NCBI GenBank assembly: GCA_964629085.1
Contig: CAZVPR010000016.1
Coordinates: 102-64,101, forward strand
Direction: 5' to 3'
Source: an uncultured Anaerolineales bacterium
GTDB lineage: Bacteria > Chloroflexota > Anaerolineae > Anaerolineales > UBA11858
DNA length: 64,000 bases
Below are positions 52,702 through 62,186 of the stretch, one piece after another. How positions within the stretch are numbered: position 1 is the first letter of the stretch; the number at the start of each line of letters is the position of its first letter. The notes below the pieces were generated by a model that did no database searches, was not told the origin of the DNA, and saw only the letters and a list, made by a program, of their open reading frames with translations. Position numbers and translations under genes: made by a program.

Positions 52702-55272
52702 TCAATCAAATCGAATCGCCTCGGCCGTGTTACGTTGAATGATACGGTAAGCCGGATACAGCCCTGCTAGAACGGCGGCCAGCACCGCGATGATGAAAGC
52801 CTGAATAAACGGTTCGGGTGTGATGCGCATTTGCAAAGTCCAGCCGAAGGAGCGCCGGTTGATGATGTAGACCAGGATCAGCGCCAGCATGTAGCCGGTG
52901 GGCATGGCCAGAATTCCGGCAACAGCGCCCATCAAACCCGTTTCTAACGTGATCAGTTGCCAAAGCTGGCGCGCCGTCAGGCCGATGGCTTTCAAGATGC
53001 CGAGTTGGCGCTGCTTGTCCAGTTGCAAAGACATCATAGCGCTGAGTACGCCAATGAAAGCCACGATTGTGGTCATCAACTGCAAGGCGCCGGTGATCGC
53101 AAAGGTGCGGTCGAAAACTTCCAGGGTAGTCTCCCGCAAATCATGGTTGGCGCGCACCAGCAGGCTTTGGGTTGCAGCCAGCTCAACTTGCAGGTATTCT
53201 GCCAGGGCCTGGGCATCCACGCCAGGTTCCAGGATCAGAGCCGCGGCGGAGATGCGTTCGTCGTCCCAAAGTTGTTGGTAAATTTCCAGCGACATAATCG
53301 CGGTCCCCTGGCTGGAAGCGTAATCGTAATAGATCCCGGCGATGGGGAAAGTTTGCAATCCCTGTGGCGTGTAGAGCGATAAATCCCCGCCCTGTTTAGG
53401 AAGATCGAAACGATTAGCAAGCGGCTCGGAGACCAGCACGCCGCCCTCCTGAACAACCTGCCAGATCTCGCTGACCGGGTATTGGCTGGAAACCAGGAGT
53501 TGAGCGATTTCATCGTTGGGGTTGTTGTTGGCCGAGATTTGCAGCGGGCCGTCTGGGGAATCTACCATGGCCCCTTGAAGTAAATCGATTCGCTCTACTC
53601 CAGGATAATCTTCCAAAATGCCGATCACGCCCGGGTCGATGGCTTTGAGCTGCTGGCTGAAGGTCGCGCCCGGCACCGAAATATAGACATCACCATGCAG
53701 GATTTGATTCATCCAGGTTTCGACCGTAGAGCGGAAACTGCCTACCATCAGGCTGACGCCGATGGTCACGGAGATAGCCACCATCAGTGCGGCCACAGCT
53801 ACCGCGGTACGGCTGATGGAGTTGACCACCTCGCGCGGTGCCATGCGGCCCAGTACGCCAAAGATGCGGCTGGTGAATGGGGCCCCGGCGGACATCATCC
53901 AGTTGGTGGTGATGGGGGTAAGCAGCGCAAAACCGATCACAGCCGCGGCCGTGCCGGCAAAACTGATCACCAGATTTTTGGTAGGAACGATCAGAATAGC
54001 AATGCCGCCCAGGATCACCATTAGACCGGCCAGACCCAGCCAGCCTATCACTCTTTGGGCTTTTGTTTCCAAATTGGCGCGTGAGAGGGCTGTGCGCGGC
54101 GGCACGCTGGCAGCTTCCCAGGCCGGAAAGGCGGCGGTTGCGCCAGTAGCGATAATTCCAAGAACAGCGCCTTTGATCAGGCTGGCGATAGGAATGGGCA
54201 CATCCCGCACGGTGCTGACGAAGAAGAGATCGTTGATGGTTTGCGAAACCAGGTCTACTGCGCCGCGCCCCATCAGGATGCCGAGACCAATGCCCACACC
54301 CGTCCCTAATACGCCGATGGTCAGGGCTTCTCCAACTACCATCAAGAAAACTTCTCGCCGCGTGACGCCCAGGCTGCGCAGCGTGCCAAACAGCGGGCGG
54401 CGCTGGACCACTGAGAAAGTCATTGTGTTGTAGATCAGGAACAGCGCCACCACCATCGCCAACAGGCTTAAGGCGGTCAGGTTGAGGCGAAAGGCGGCTG
54501 TCATTTGCTCGACCGCGCCGCTACGGGCCTCGACGGGCAGCACCAGAATTCCGGGGGGCAGCAGTTTTTGAATGATTTCCAGTTTGGGTGGGTCATCGGC
54601 TGGCAAAATCAAATCGATGCGGTCGACATAGCCTAATCGGCCAGTCAATTCCTGGGCGGTGGCGATGTCCATCAGCAGCATGCCGTCCAAGGCTTTGCCG
54701 CCCACACTGTCGCCGGGTTGGAGAAGTCCGGCCACATTGACCGGGAGTGAGCGGCCGGCGTATTCAATCTCGAAGGTGCCGCCGAGTTTGATGGCATAGC
54801 GATCCGCCAGATTCTGTGAAATTAGAACGCTGCCCTTCCGTGCCAAAAATGGAGTCAGCGAATAGTTCGCAGTGCCCTGGGGATTGCCAAGATAATTTCG
54901 GAATGGTGTCTCGGCAAAGGGATCGACGCCCAGAAGCTGCAAGGTAATGCCGTCCAATTGGGATGCTACGACATAGTCCGAAATGATCGGAGCAGAAGGC
55001 GAATCCAGGTCAGAACGCCGCAGTTCAGCATATAGCCTTTCCTTAATCCCTTGCGATCCCGCCGAGATATAGTGCGTGGCCCGGCCGGTTACCGCTTCCG
55101 TGCTCAAGTCGAAGGCCCGGCTGGCGCTCTGGTTGGCCATATCGATCCCCACCACCACGGCCACGCCCAGGCTGATGCCAATGACCATCAACGCGCTCTG
55201 CCAGAGATGGCGGGTGAGGTAGCGCCAACCGATATTCAATAATGAGCGAGGCAGCGGAGATTTATTGATCAT
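52702..55272 (-). CDS. ABC transporter permease with two FtsX-type domains (AttF/AttG-like fusion)
   Basis: About 856 aa. It contains two 4-TM FtsX modules separated by large periplasmic loops. Start at MINKSPLPRSLLNIGWRYL (55272); the track extends to 55356. Confidence 0.8.
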   Translation of the reverse strand: MINKSPLPRSLLNIGWRYLTRHLWQSALMVIGISLGVAVVVGIDMANQSASRAFDLSTEAVTGRATHYISAGSQGIKERLYAELRRSDLDSPSAPIISDYVVASQLDGITLQLLGVDPFAETPFRNYLGNPQGTANYSLTPFLARKGSVLISQNLADRYAIKLGGTFEIEYAGRSLPVNVAGLLQPGDSVGGKALDGMLLMDIATAQELTGRLGYVDRIDLILPADDPPKLEIIQKLLPPGILVLPVEARSGAVEQMTAAFRLNLTALSLLAMVVALFLIYNTMTFSVVQRRPLFGTLRSLGVTRREVFLMVVGEALTIGVLGTGVGIGLGILMGRGAVDLVSQTINDLFFVSTVRDVPIPIASLIKGAVLGIIATGATAAFPAWEAASVPPRTALSRANLETKAQRVIGWLGLAGLMVILGGIAILIVPTKNLVISFAGTAAAVIGFALLTPITTNWMMSAGAPFTSRIFGVLGRMAPREVVNSISRTAVAVAALMVAISVTIGVSLMVGSFRSTVETWMNQILHGDVYISVPGATFSQQLKAIDPGVIGILEDYPGVERIDLLQGAMVDSPDGPLQISANNNPNDEIAQLLVSSQYPVSEIWQVVQEGGVLVSEPLANRFDLPKQGGDLSLYTPQGLQTFPIAGIYYDYASSQGTAIMSLEIYQQLWDDERISAAALILEPGVDAQALAEYLQVELAATQSLLVRANHDLRETTLEVFDRTFAITGALQLMTTIVAFIGVLSAMMSLQLDKQRQLGILKAIGLTARQLWQLITLETGLMGAVAGILAMPTGYMLALILVYIINRRSFGWTLQMRITPEPFIQAFIIAVLAAVLAGLYPAYRIIQRNTAEAIRFD

Positions 55273-55381
55273 TATGACAATCCAATTTGAATCTATCCTT
55301 GCTACGTTGACGATAAGGCGAAACCTTGTTTCACCGCGAGGATGCCAAGAGCGCAAAGATTTTTCCGGACTCTTGGCGTTC

Positions 55382-56095
55382 TTAGCGTCTTAGCGGTTCA
55401 TTTTGAAGCTCAACTAAACAGCCACCCTGCAGCTCGAAGATGCGGTCGGCATAGACGGCGTTCTCTTTGCTGTGCGTGACCATGATCAGGTTCTTGCCAA
55501 CCTGGCGGGTGAGCTTATCAAGCAGGGCCAGCACTTGTTCGCCGGTTTCCTCATCGAGGTTGCCGGTGGGTTCGTCAGCCAGCACGACCAGTGGGTCGTG
55601 GATCAAGGCGCGGGCGATAGCCACGCGCTGCTGTTCACCGCCGGAGAGTCTTTCAGGAAAGGTATTCAGGCGGTCTGATAGGCCAACTTCCGACAAAATT
55701 TGGCTGGCCCGACCTTTGGAATCGTTTAGCTCCACCCCCAGCAATTCCAGCGGCAGGCTGACGTTTTCGATGACTCTCAGGGTTGGGATCAGGTTGAAAA
55801 ACTGGAAAACAAAACCAATATTCTTGCGGCGAAAGAGCGTGCGTCGATTTTCATCGAGTTGGGATAGTACCTGACCATTGACGACAATCTCACCCTGGTC
55901 CGCCTGATCGATGCCGCTGATCACATTCAACAATGTGCTCTTGCCGCTGCCGCTCTTGCCAAGGATCGCGATGAATTCACCGCGTTCAAAGGATGCGCTT
56001 GTCCCTTGCAAGATTTGGCGCTTTTGCCCGCCCTCCTGGAACTCCTTATGAAGATTGCTGAGGCGAATGAATCCATTGCTATTTTCATTGGTCAT
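55382..56095 (-). CDS. ABC transporter ATP-binding protein (MacB/LolD-type, AttE-like)
   Basis: Walker [14 protein letters not shown], signature [15 protein letters not shown], and Walker [13 protein letters not shown]. Confidence 0.85.
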   Translation of the reverse strand: MTNENSNGFIRLSNLHKEFQEGGQKRQILQGTSASFERGEFIAILGKSGSGKSTLLNVISGIDQADQGEIVVNGQVLSQLDENRRTLFRRKNIGFVFQFFNLIPTLRVIENVSLPLELLGVELNDSKGRASQILSEVGLSDRLNTFPERLSGGEQQRVAIARALIHDPLVVLADEPTGNLDEETGEQVLALLDKLTRQVGKNLIMVTHSKENAVYADRIFELQGGCLVELQNEPLRR

Positions 56096-56243
56096 TGAAA
56101 TCCCTTCTCCAGTTCGTATCTGCTAAGCGGTCATGGTCGGGTTGGAAACAATTTGCATAAAATAGTACCATCATGGCCGCCCAAAAATAAAAAAAATCTC
56201 TCATTTCTAGTGTTCTGTTAAGTTGGATATTGACTATTTTACT

Positions 56244-56338
56244 CCCTCACCGCCTTAGGCGAACCCCTCTCCCAGTTGGCCGCCACAGGCGCGCCTACGA
56301 CGAGGATAAACCGCAGCGATGCGAAGGCGGGGTGAGGG
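56244..56338. repeat. GC-rich palindromic intergenic element (family with 60695..60794)
   Basis: The outer arms CCCTCACCGCCTT and AAGGCGGGGTGAGGG pair with one bulge and enclose about 67 nt containing CACAGGCGCGCCTACG. The left end, CCCTCACCGCCTTAGGCG, resembles CCCTCCCGCCGTAGGCG at 60696. Confidence 0.55.
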
Positions 56339-56432
56339 ATATTCAAGGTGGAAAACTTACGATATGTTCATAATGCCAAAATCTAATTTTCCAATGCACT
56401 TGTCTTAATTTTTAGGGTTCAACTGATTACGA

Positions 56433-56996
56433 TTAGCGTTGGTTTTGGATAAATTCAAGTAATCGATTGGCTTTTTCTTCTGCGAATTCGCCTGTCTCCC
56501 GCCAAAGGATTTCACCCTCACGGTCGACCAAAAACAAATGAATATCATGTTCGTTGGGGATATTCAAAGCGAATTTTAAGACCTCTTTGTCGAGATACAA
56601 AGTTACCGTGCGCTCACGAGCGGTCTGGTCGGGGATGCCAGCGCGCATACCTTCGTTGATAAAAGTGCGTGAAATGACAGACATTTCATAGAGCGTAGGC
56701 ATTTCGTAGTAGATGAATCCGGGGAACGAGGCTTCGATCTCTTGTGCAGTCGGTATCCATGTGTTGACTAAATTTTGCTGCCATCGTTGGAAAGGCACAA
56801 TTACCAGATTTAGATCGCCCTCAAAGTCGCGCGGAAACTCGAATTCCTGGCGGTCGAGGTTGAACCCTGAAACGATCGGAAAATGAGGTTCGTGGCGCGT
56901 GACGAGCAGTCTGCTGCGAGCGGGGGCAATTTTCCAGGCGAAGCCTGCGCCGGCAATGACTAAGCCAGAAAGTAAGACGATACGAATGATAGACAT
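56433..56996 (-). CDS. Hypothetical membrane-anchored protein (possibly thioredoxin-like fold without CxxC)
   Basis: 187 aa with an N-terminal TM (IVLLSGLVIAGAGFAW). No catalytic Cys pair is present. An AGGAGAT RBS lies upstream. Confidence 0.55.
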   Translation of the reverse strand: MSIIRIVLLSGLVIAGAGFAWKIAPARSRLLVTRHEPHFPIVSGFNLDRQEFEFPRDFEGDLNLVIVPFQRWQQNLVNTWIPTAQEIEASFPGFIYYEMPTLYEMSVISRTFINEGMRAGIPDQTARERTVTLYLDKEVLKFALNIPNEHDIHLFLVDREGEILWRETGEFAEEKANRLLEFIQNQR

Positions 56997-57010
56997 TTTG
57001 ATCTCCTAAT

Positions 57011-57483
57011 TTATGAATACATCGGCTCGGAGATGTCTCGTCCGCCGCGTACGGTAGCGCCTAAGACCAGTGCGGATCCGATGATGGCCAGATTATTGAT
57101 GATGTACTGCCCTTCGAGAGTCAACCCGAAGGGGAAGCTGGTCCAACATGCCTCAGGCAAAATGACCAGCGGTAACGCGGTACCTGGTATTTACAAGAAA
57201 AACAGCAAAATCGTCAGGCGCTGAAATTTTGTGGTGAATAATCCGATCAGGAAGCCGATCCCGATCAGTATTTCCCAGATCGCCAGGATCGGTAAAAAGA
57301 AATCCGGATCGAAGAAACAGATCGAGCTGCACACTAATTCTGCCGCGGAGCTCAGGCCGGGGAAGAGTTTCAATGCCCCAAACCAGATGAAGATCACGCT
57401 CAGGCATAGCGCGCCATCCAGCGCCTGATGTGCAGGTTGATGGGGTCGAAATTTCTTTGAAAAGTTTGTTTGGTTTGCGTCAT
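57011..57483 (-). pseudogene. DoxX/DUF417 (YkgB)-like membrane protein gene with one frameshift and one in-frame stop
   Basis: Reading from ATG 57483 gives [27 protein letters not shown], then TGA. The protein continues in a frame shifted by one nt as [16 protein letters not shown]...LLFFL, then TAA at 57188-57190. It then continues in-frame as [45 protein letters not shown]. Confidence 0.6.
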
Positions 57484-57649
57484 TTTATTTCCTTGTGTGT
57501 GTATCCTAATATTATCGGATTGTAGATATTTTGTCAAGATATTATCTATATAAATCTCATCAGATTTCTTTTCCAACTCTATGCGTAGGTTTTGGTCTGT
57601 GTTATTATTCACGCTGTGAATACTCATATCTTGAGTAAGGGAGACCCTG

Positions 57650-58183
57650 ATGGTCAATGAAATTGCCCTTTTGGGCTTCTTGAATTCGGAGCAGCTTCAT
57701 GGCTATGAAATCCATCAACGCTTTTCCAGCCTGCCGGGACTTTGGGAAATCTGGCGCATCAAGCAGAGTCGTTTGTACGCCATGCTTGCTCGCCTGGAAG
57801 CAAAAGGTTTGATACGGGCAGATACCCTCATTCAGGAGAAAAGACCCGCCAGAAAGGTTTTTTCGATTACACCTGAAGGGCAGGATGCGTATGAGATTTG
57901 GATTTCTGAACCGGTGCAAACCCCGCGTGAGTTCAGGTTGGAATTTCTGGTGAAGTTGTTCTTTGCAATTAAGGCTGGATCGGAAATGAAACAGCAGATT
58001 CTCCAGCGTCAGGTTGATGCCTGTAATTTGTGGCTGAACGAAGAACACCAAGCGCTATTTGGGCTTGCTGAAGGTGAATCTTTTGAAAAAGCTATCCACC
58101 AGTTCCGTATTGGGCAAATTTCGGCCATGCTGGAATGGCTATCTTCCATGGAGACCCTTGAAATCTCTCAGGGGATTGCTTAA
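57650..58183 (+). CDS. PadR family transcriptional regulator
   Basis: ALLGFLNSEQLHGYEIHQRF...WRIKQSRLYAMLARLEAKGLI winged-helix motif. It is divergent from the DoxX-like pseudogene. Confidence 0.85.
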   Translation: MVNEIALLGFLNSEQLHGYEIHQRFSSLPGLWEIWRIKQSRLYAMLARLEAKGLIRADTLIQEKRPARKVFSITPEGQDAYEIWISEPVQTPREFRLEFLVKLFFAIKAGSEMKQQILQRQVDACNLWLNEEHQALFGLAEGESFEKAIHQFRIGQISAMLEWLSSMETLEISQGIA

Positions 58184-58243
58184 ATGTCAAAAAATGTATG
58201 AGGTAAGAAAGGGATGAACGAATTTCCACGTGATCATTTATTA

Positions 58244-58296
58244 GGAAACCAGGAAAGCAGGAACGCTGAATGTGATTTCATGAATTCCTGGTTTCC
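58244..58296. terminator. Hairpin between padR and modA
   Basis: GGAAACCAGGAA-29 nt-TTCCTGGTTTCC forms a 12-bp perfect stem. No clear T-tract follows, so its function (terminator or regulatory) is uncertain. Confidence 0.4.
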
Positions 58297-58350
58297 CCAT
58301 TGAAAATGAATTCTTCAAAATCCTATTTGACGATAATGTAAGTGCAAGTA

Positions 58351-59166
58351 ATGCAGAAAGCAAATTATTTAAAGGTTATAGCCCTGGGATGGTTGATGAT
58401 CCTCCTGCCGACCGCTTGTATCCCAATTCCAGGGATATCCAACAGCAATCAGAATGAGTTGGTTGTCTTTGCAGCCGCATCATTGACTGATGCCATGACA
58501 GAGATGGCCGAAAGCTTCGAAAAACAGAACCCAAACACAGAATTGCTCTTGAATTTTGCCAGCTCATCTCAACTGGCGGCCCAATTGCGTGAGGGTGTTT
58601 CGGCGGACGTTTTTGCCTCGGCGAATGAAAATCAGATGCAGCTCGCTATCGTGCACGAACGCATTGACCCGGCGGATGTACAAGTATTTGTCGCCAACAA
58701 GCTGACCGTTATTGTGCCTAAAGGCAATCCGGCCAGGATTGCCGCGCTCGAAGATTTGGGGAATCCAGGCGTTACTTTGTTGCTGGCCGTCGAGGGCGTA
58801 CCAGTGCGTGAGTATGCCGATCAAATTTTCAGCACTTTAGCGGATTCACTTCAGACAAAAATTTATGCCAATTTAGTGTCAGAAGAGAGCACGGTGCGTC
58901 AGGTGGCAACGAAAATTGCCTTGGGTGAAGCGGATGCCGGGATTGTCTATGCCTCCGACATCACCCCGGGCATCGCTGATCGAGTTGAACAAGTCGAAAT
59001 TCCCGCTTCTATGAATGTAATGGCTGATTATCCAATTGCCGTAATCGAAGACTCTCAACAAAAAGCTGTCGCCAATAACTTTATCGAGTTTGTGCTCAGC
59101 GAATCCGGGCAGGCCATTCTATTGAAGTGGGGATTCACTCCCGTTGAAATCAATGCAGCACACTAA
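58351..59166 (+). CDS. modA: Molybdate ABC transporter substrate-binding lipoprotein ModA
   Basis: LVVFAAASLTDAMTEMAESFEK...NFASSSQLAAQLREGVSADVFASAN is typical ModA. The signal is lipobox-like (LLPTAC). ATG 58351 is preferred over the track GTG 58342. Confidence 0.85.
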   Translation: MQKANYLKVIALGWLMILLPTACIPIPGISNSNQNELVVFAAASLTDAMTEMAESFEKQNPNTELLLNFASSSQLAAQLREGVSADVFASANENQMQLAIVHERIDPADVQVFVANKLTVIVPKGNPARIAALEDLGNPGVTLLLAVEGVPVREYADQIFSTLADSLQTKIYANLVSEESTVRQVATKIALGEADAGIVYASDITPGIADRVEQVEIPASMNVMADYPIAVIEDSQQKAVANNFIEFVLSESGQAILLKWGFTPVEINAAH

Positions 59167-60019
59167 CCATTCTACTCGTCCAAGTTCACCGTTGGTAACT
59201 TTTGGAAAAACATTGGTGATCGTTCTAGCGGCCGGCTTGTGGTTATTGTTATTTCTTCCTTTGCTGGCACTGATCTGGCGGACCTTTTCATTTGATGTGT
59301 TTTCGACGGGAATTAGTCCGGCAATTTGGGTCAGCGTCTGGTTGAGTTTTCGCACGACGCTGATTAGTCTGGTTGTGATCCTGCTCACGGGAACTCCGTT
59401 GGCATATATATTTGCGAATTACGATTTCCCTTTGAAGCGCTTCATCATGCTCTTCATCGAGATGCCCATCGTCATCCCCCCTGTCATCGCCGGGTTAGCG
59501 TTGTTGGCAACCTTTGGCCGTCTGGGTTTGCTGGGCGGGGCATTGAGTGCTCTAAACGTTCAAATCCCCTTTACAGGTTTGGCCGTTGTATTGGCTCAGG
59601 TCTTTGTTTCAGCTCCCTTCTATATCCGAGCGGCCCAAGCCGGTTTTCAGGCTGTAGATTGTGAAATTCGCGAAGCGGCTGCGGTGGACGGTGCCAATCA
59701 GTGGGTTACTTTCTGGCGCATCATTTTGCCGATCAGCTTGCAATCGCTCTTCGTGGGACTGATGCTCAGTTGGGCGCGGGCCCTGGGTGAATTCGGCGCG
59801 ACAATATTATTTGCTGGTAATTTGCAGGGCCGCACCCAGACCATGCCGCTGCTGATCTACTCTCGCCTGGAAAGCGATCTCGGCGGGGCCTACCTGACTG
59901 CATTAATCCTGTTGGCCTTTGCTTTCATTTCTTTTGCCGGAACGCGATTGTTTACCAATCGCCTCGAATCTATGGTATCGTTGCGAATATCATCAAATCA
60001 TAAATCGAAAGGAAAATAA
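59153..60019 (+). CDS. modB: Molybdate ABC transporter permease ModB
   Basis: IEMPIVIPPVIAGLALLATFGRLGLLG and the EAA-loop region REAAAVDGANQW. It overlaps the modA stop. Confidence 0.85.
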   Translation: MQHTNHSTRPSSPLVTFGKTLVIVLAAGLWLLLFLPLLALIWRTFSFDVFSTGISPAIWVSVWLSFRTTLISLVVILLTGTPLAYIFANYDFPLKRFIMLFIEMPIVIPPVIAGLALLATFGRLGLLGGALSALNVQIPFTGLAVVLAQVFVSAPFYIRAAQAGFQAVDCEIREAAAVDGANQWVTFWRIILPISLQSLFVGLMLSWARALGEFGATILFAGNLQGRTQTMPLLIYSRLESDLGGAYLTALILLAFAFISFAGTRLFTNRLESMVSLRISSNHKSKGK

Positions 60020-60021
60020 GT

Positions 60022-60579
60022 ATGGTTGCTACCCCCTCCACTATGCTTGCACTGGGCACTGCTGCCCCAAATTTTACCCTCCCGGATACGGTATCTGGAC
60101 AATCCAAAAGCCTGGCCGAATTGAAATCCGACAAGGCCACGGTGATCATGTTTATTTGCAATCACTGTCCCTTTGTCAAGCACGTCAATGATCAACTGGT
60201 CAGTCTGGCCAATGATTATCAAGCCCAGGGTGTATCATTTGTAGCTATCAGCTCCAATGATGTTGAAAACTACCCCGAGGACCACCCCAACAAGATGAAA
60301 GAATACGCCCTAGAACTGGGGTATCCCTTCCCCTATTTGTTTGATGAATCACAGGATGTAGCCAAAGCTTACAAAGCGGCTTGCACCCCTGACTTCTATA
60401 TTTTTGACGCCGATTTGAACCTGGTCTACCGCGGCCAGTTGGATGAATCACGGCCTGGAAAAGATATCCCGGTAACCGGCAAAGATATGCGCGCCGCTTT
60501 GGATGATATCCTGGCAGACAAGGCAATCAGCATTGAGCAAAGACCCAGCCTTGGATGCAATATTAAATGGATAGAGTGA
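60022..60579 (+). CDS. Thioredoxin-fold (AhpC/TSA-like) family protein
   Basis: APNFTLPDTVSG...VIMFICNHCPFVKHV (CxxC-like CNHC), 185 aa. It starts 2 nt after the modB stop. Confidence 0.75.
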   Translation: MVATPSTMLALGTAAPNFTLPDTVSGQSKSLAELKSDKATVIMFICNHCPFVKHVNDQLVSLANDYQAQGVSFVAISSNDVENYPEDHPNKMKEYALELGYPFPYLFDESQDVAKAYKAACTPDFYIFDADLNLVYRGQLDESRPGKDIPVTGKDMRAALDDILADKAISIEQRPSLGCNIKWIE

Positions 60580-60694
60580 AGCTGAATTGTTCGTTGTTGG
60601 TTGGCAGTCACGCTCTGGTATGCGGCTGCCATTTTTAGTTAGCTGGTGTTACGCAGCTTGCATCCTGCCCTTACAGTATGCTTCGCGATGTGAT

Positions 60695-60794
60695 CCCCTC
60701 CCGCCGTAGGCGCGCACTGTTAGTGGGCCTTGCTTTGCACGCCTGTGGTGGGCCAGCAAGGCGTGCCACAGGCAAGGGATGTATCGAGGGGTGG
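60695..60794. repeat. GC-rich palindromic intergenic element (family with 56244..56338)
   Basis: The outer pairing is CCCCTC/GAGGGG. Nested inner pairings are CCTTGC/GCAAGG and GCACGCC/GGCGTGC. The left end CCCTCCCGCCGTAGGCGCGC is related to 56244. Confidence 0.5.
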
Positions 60795-60833
60795 AGTTTG
60801 ACTTATTTTTGCGAATGTGCATGACATGAGAAT

Positions 60834-62177
60834 TTAAGGCAGCCAGGCCGGGGAGGTGGCGCCCGGTATGGCTACGATGATCTCCTTCGACTGTAAATCC
60901 TTTACCAAAATCTCTGGTATGGCATGGGATACACCTAACGGGGTGCGTTGGAAAGTGAAATAACGGCCCGTTGGATCGAAGTCGTAATGGGTGTAGGCGT
61001 AATTGGGTTCATCCGCCAAAACAAAGCCGTAGCTGGCGTCGGGGGCCATAAGCATCAGTTGGAAGTGAATTTTATCCCGGGTTTCCTTTGCTGCTGCTGC
61101 GATCCAATCCCCGGTGGGCGACCATACCGGACCGCTGTAATTGCTTTCGTTGGGGCGATGCCCAAATAAGTTGATGATATCCGCAGTAGCAAAATTCACC
61201 TGATAAACGACCTCATTAGCACCGGCATCCGTAATCAGGAAGTCGCTGTAGACCAACCGGCTGCCATCCGGTGACCAACTCCCAATGCGCCCCGACTGAT
61301 TGGGGATATAGAATTCAGCTCCGGTTTCGATGTCCAGTACAACCATACGGGTATTGACCCCATCGGAGTAGATCAGCCGCTTACCATCCGGGGACCAATT
61401 AGGGCCATAGCCCATCTTCTGGGAGTCGGCATGCAGACGCAGAGTCTCACCGGTTGTGGTGTCCCCCAGCCAAACTCTGGGCGCGCTGTAAGGTCCTTCG
61501 AGTAATAGGCTGGCTTCAATGCGGCTGTAAGCCAGTTGACTGCCATTTGGCGACCAATCCATGGCGGAACAGCGGTCAGGACCACAGTTGATCAGCAAGC
61601 GTTGGTTGCTGCCGTCACGTTCCATTATCCAAATATCGATCCCTTTTTCCTCGTTGATAACCGCATAAGCGATCCGGTTGCCATCATCAGACGGCTTGTA
61701 GTCGAAGATCTTGCCACCTGTGTTGGTGAGTGTTTCGCTGTCCCCACCTGTCAGGGGCAGGCGATTAAGTTCGTTATCTTCGCTGCCAAGGTATACCAGC
61801 CAGGGATCGCGCACTGTCAGATGCCAGTTGTAATCTTGTTTGACCTGGCGGCCATCCTGCACCACGGTTCCGGCGGATAGCGTCACGGTGTAGTTTTCAC
61901 CGGGGAGAAAGGCCTGTTGAGGAACGAAGAGCAGTTGATCTCCGCGCACAAAGACATTGCCAACTACTTGCGGTTCTACGGAAAGTAATCCCTGGATGCT
62001 ATCTTCTTGGATGGTTTGTGGGAATTGGACCACGAATGCGCCCTTGGCGCCAACCTGTTCATTAGCTGTCAGGGACGTGATCCCTTTTTGATTCCCTGCC
62101 AGGACCAAACCTGCAATGACGGATATGAGCAGCAAAATGACCCCCCAAACTGTGGTATCAAAGCGGTCGAATTTCAT
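60834..62177 (-). CDS. Membrane-anchored TolB-like PD40 beta-propeller protein with N-terminal Ig-like domain
   Basis: N-terminal TM. The repeated PD40 motifs are WSPNGSQLAYS, WSPDGKRLIYS, WSPDGSRLVYS and WSPTGDWIAA. Confidence 0.8.
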   Translation of the reverse strand: MKFDRFDTTVWGVILLLISVIAGLVLAGNQKGITSLTANEQVGAKGAFVVQFPQTIQEDSIQGLLSVEPQVVGNVFVRGDQLLFVPQQAFLPGENYTVTLSAGTVVQDGRQVKQDYNWHLTVRDPWLVYLGSEDNELNRLPLTGGDSETLTNTGGKIFDYKPSDDGNRIAYAVINEEKGIDIWIMERDGSNQRLLINCGPDRCSAMDWSPNGSQLAYSRIEASLLLEGPYSAPRVWLGDTTTGETLRLHADSQKMGYGPNWSPDGKRLIYSDGVNTRMVVLDIETGAEFYIPNQSGRIGSWSPDGSRLVYSDFLITDAGANEVVYQVNFATADIINLFGHRPNESNYSGPVWSPTGDWIAAAAKETRDKIHFQLMLMAPDASYGFVLADEPNYAYTHYDFDPTGRYFTFQRTPLGVSHAIPEILVKDLQSKEIIVAIPGATSPAWLP

Positions 62178-62186
62178 CTGATGTGC

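Noticed and set aside
53762-54433. A 223-aa plus-strand ORF inside the FtsX permease gene.
   Set aside because: It is antisense to a gene with clear double-FtsX architecture. Its Ala/Arg/Pro/Thr-rich low-complexity composition is typical of antisense frames.
58184-58350. A molybdenum-cofactor riboswitch upstream of modA.
   Set aside because: Only a simple 12-bp hairpin is present. I could not see the multi-stem architecture or conserved core expected for the Moco RNA motif. An Rfam scan is needed to be sure.
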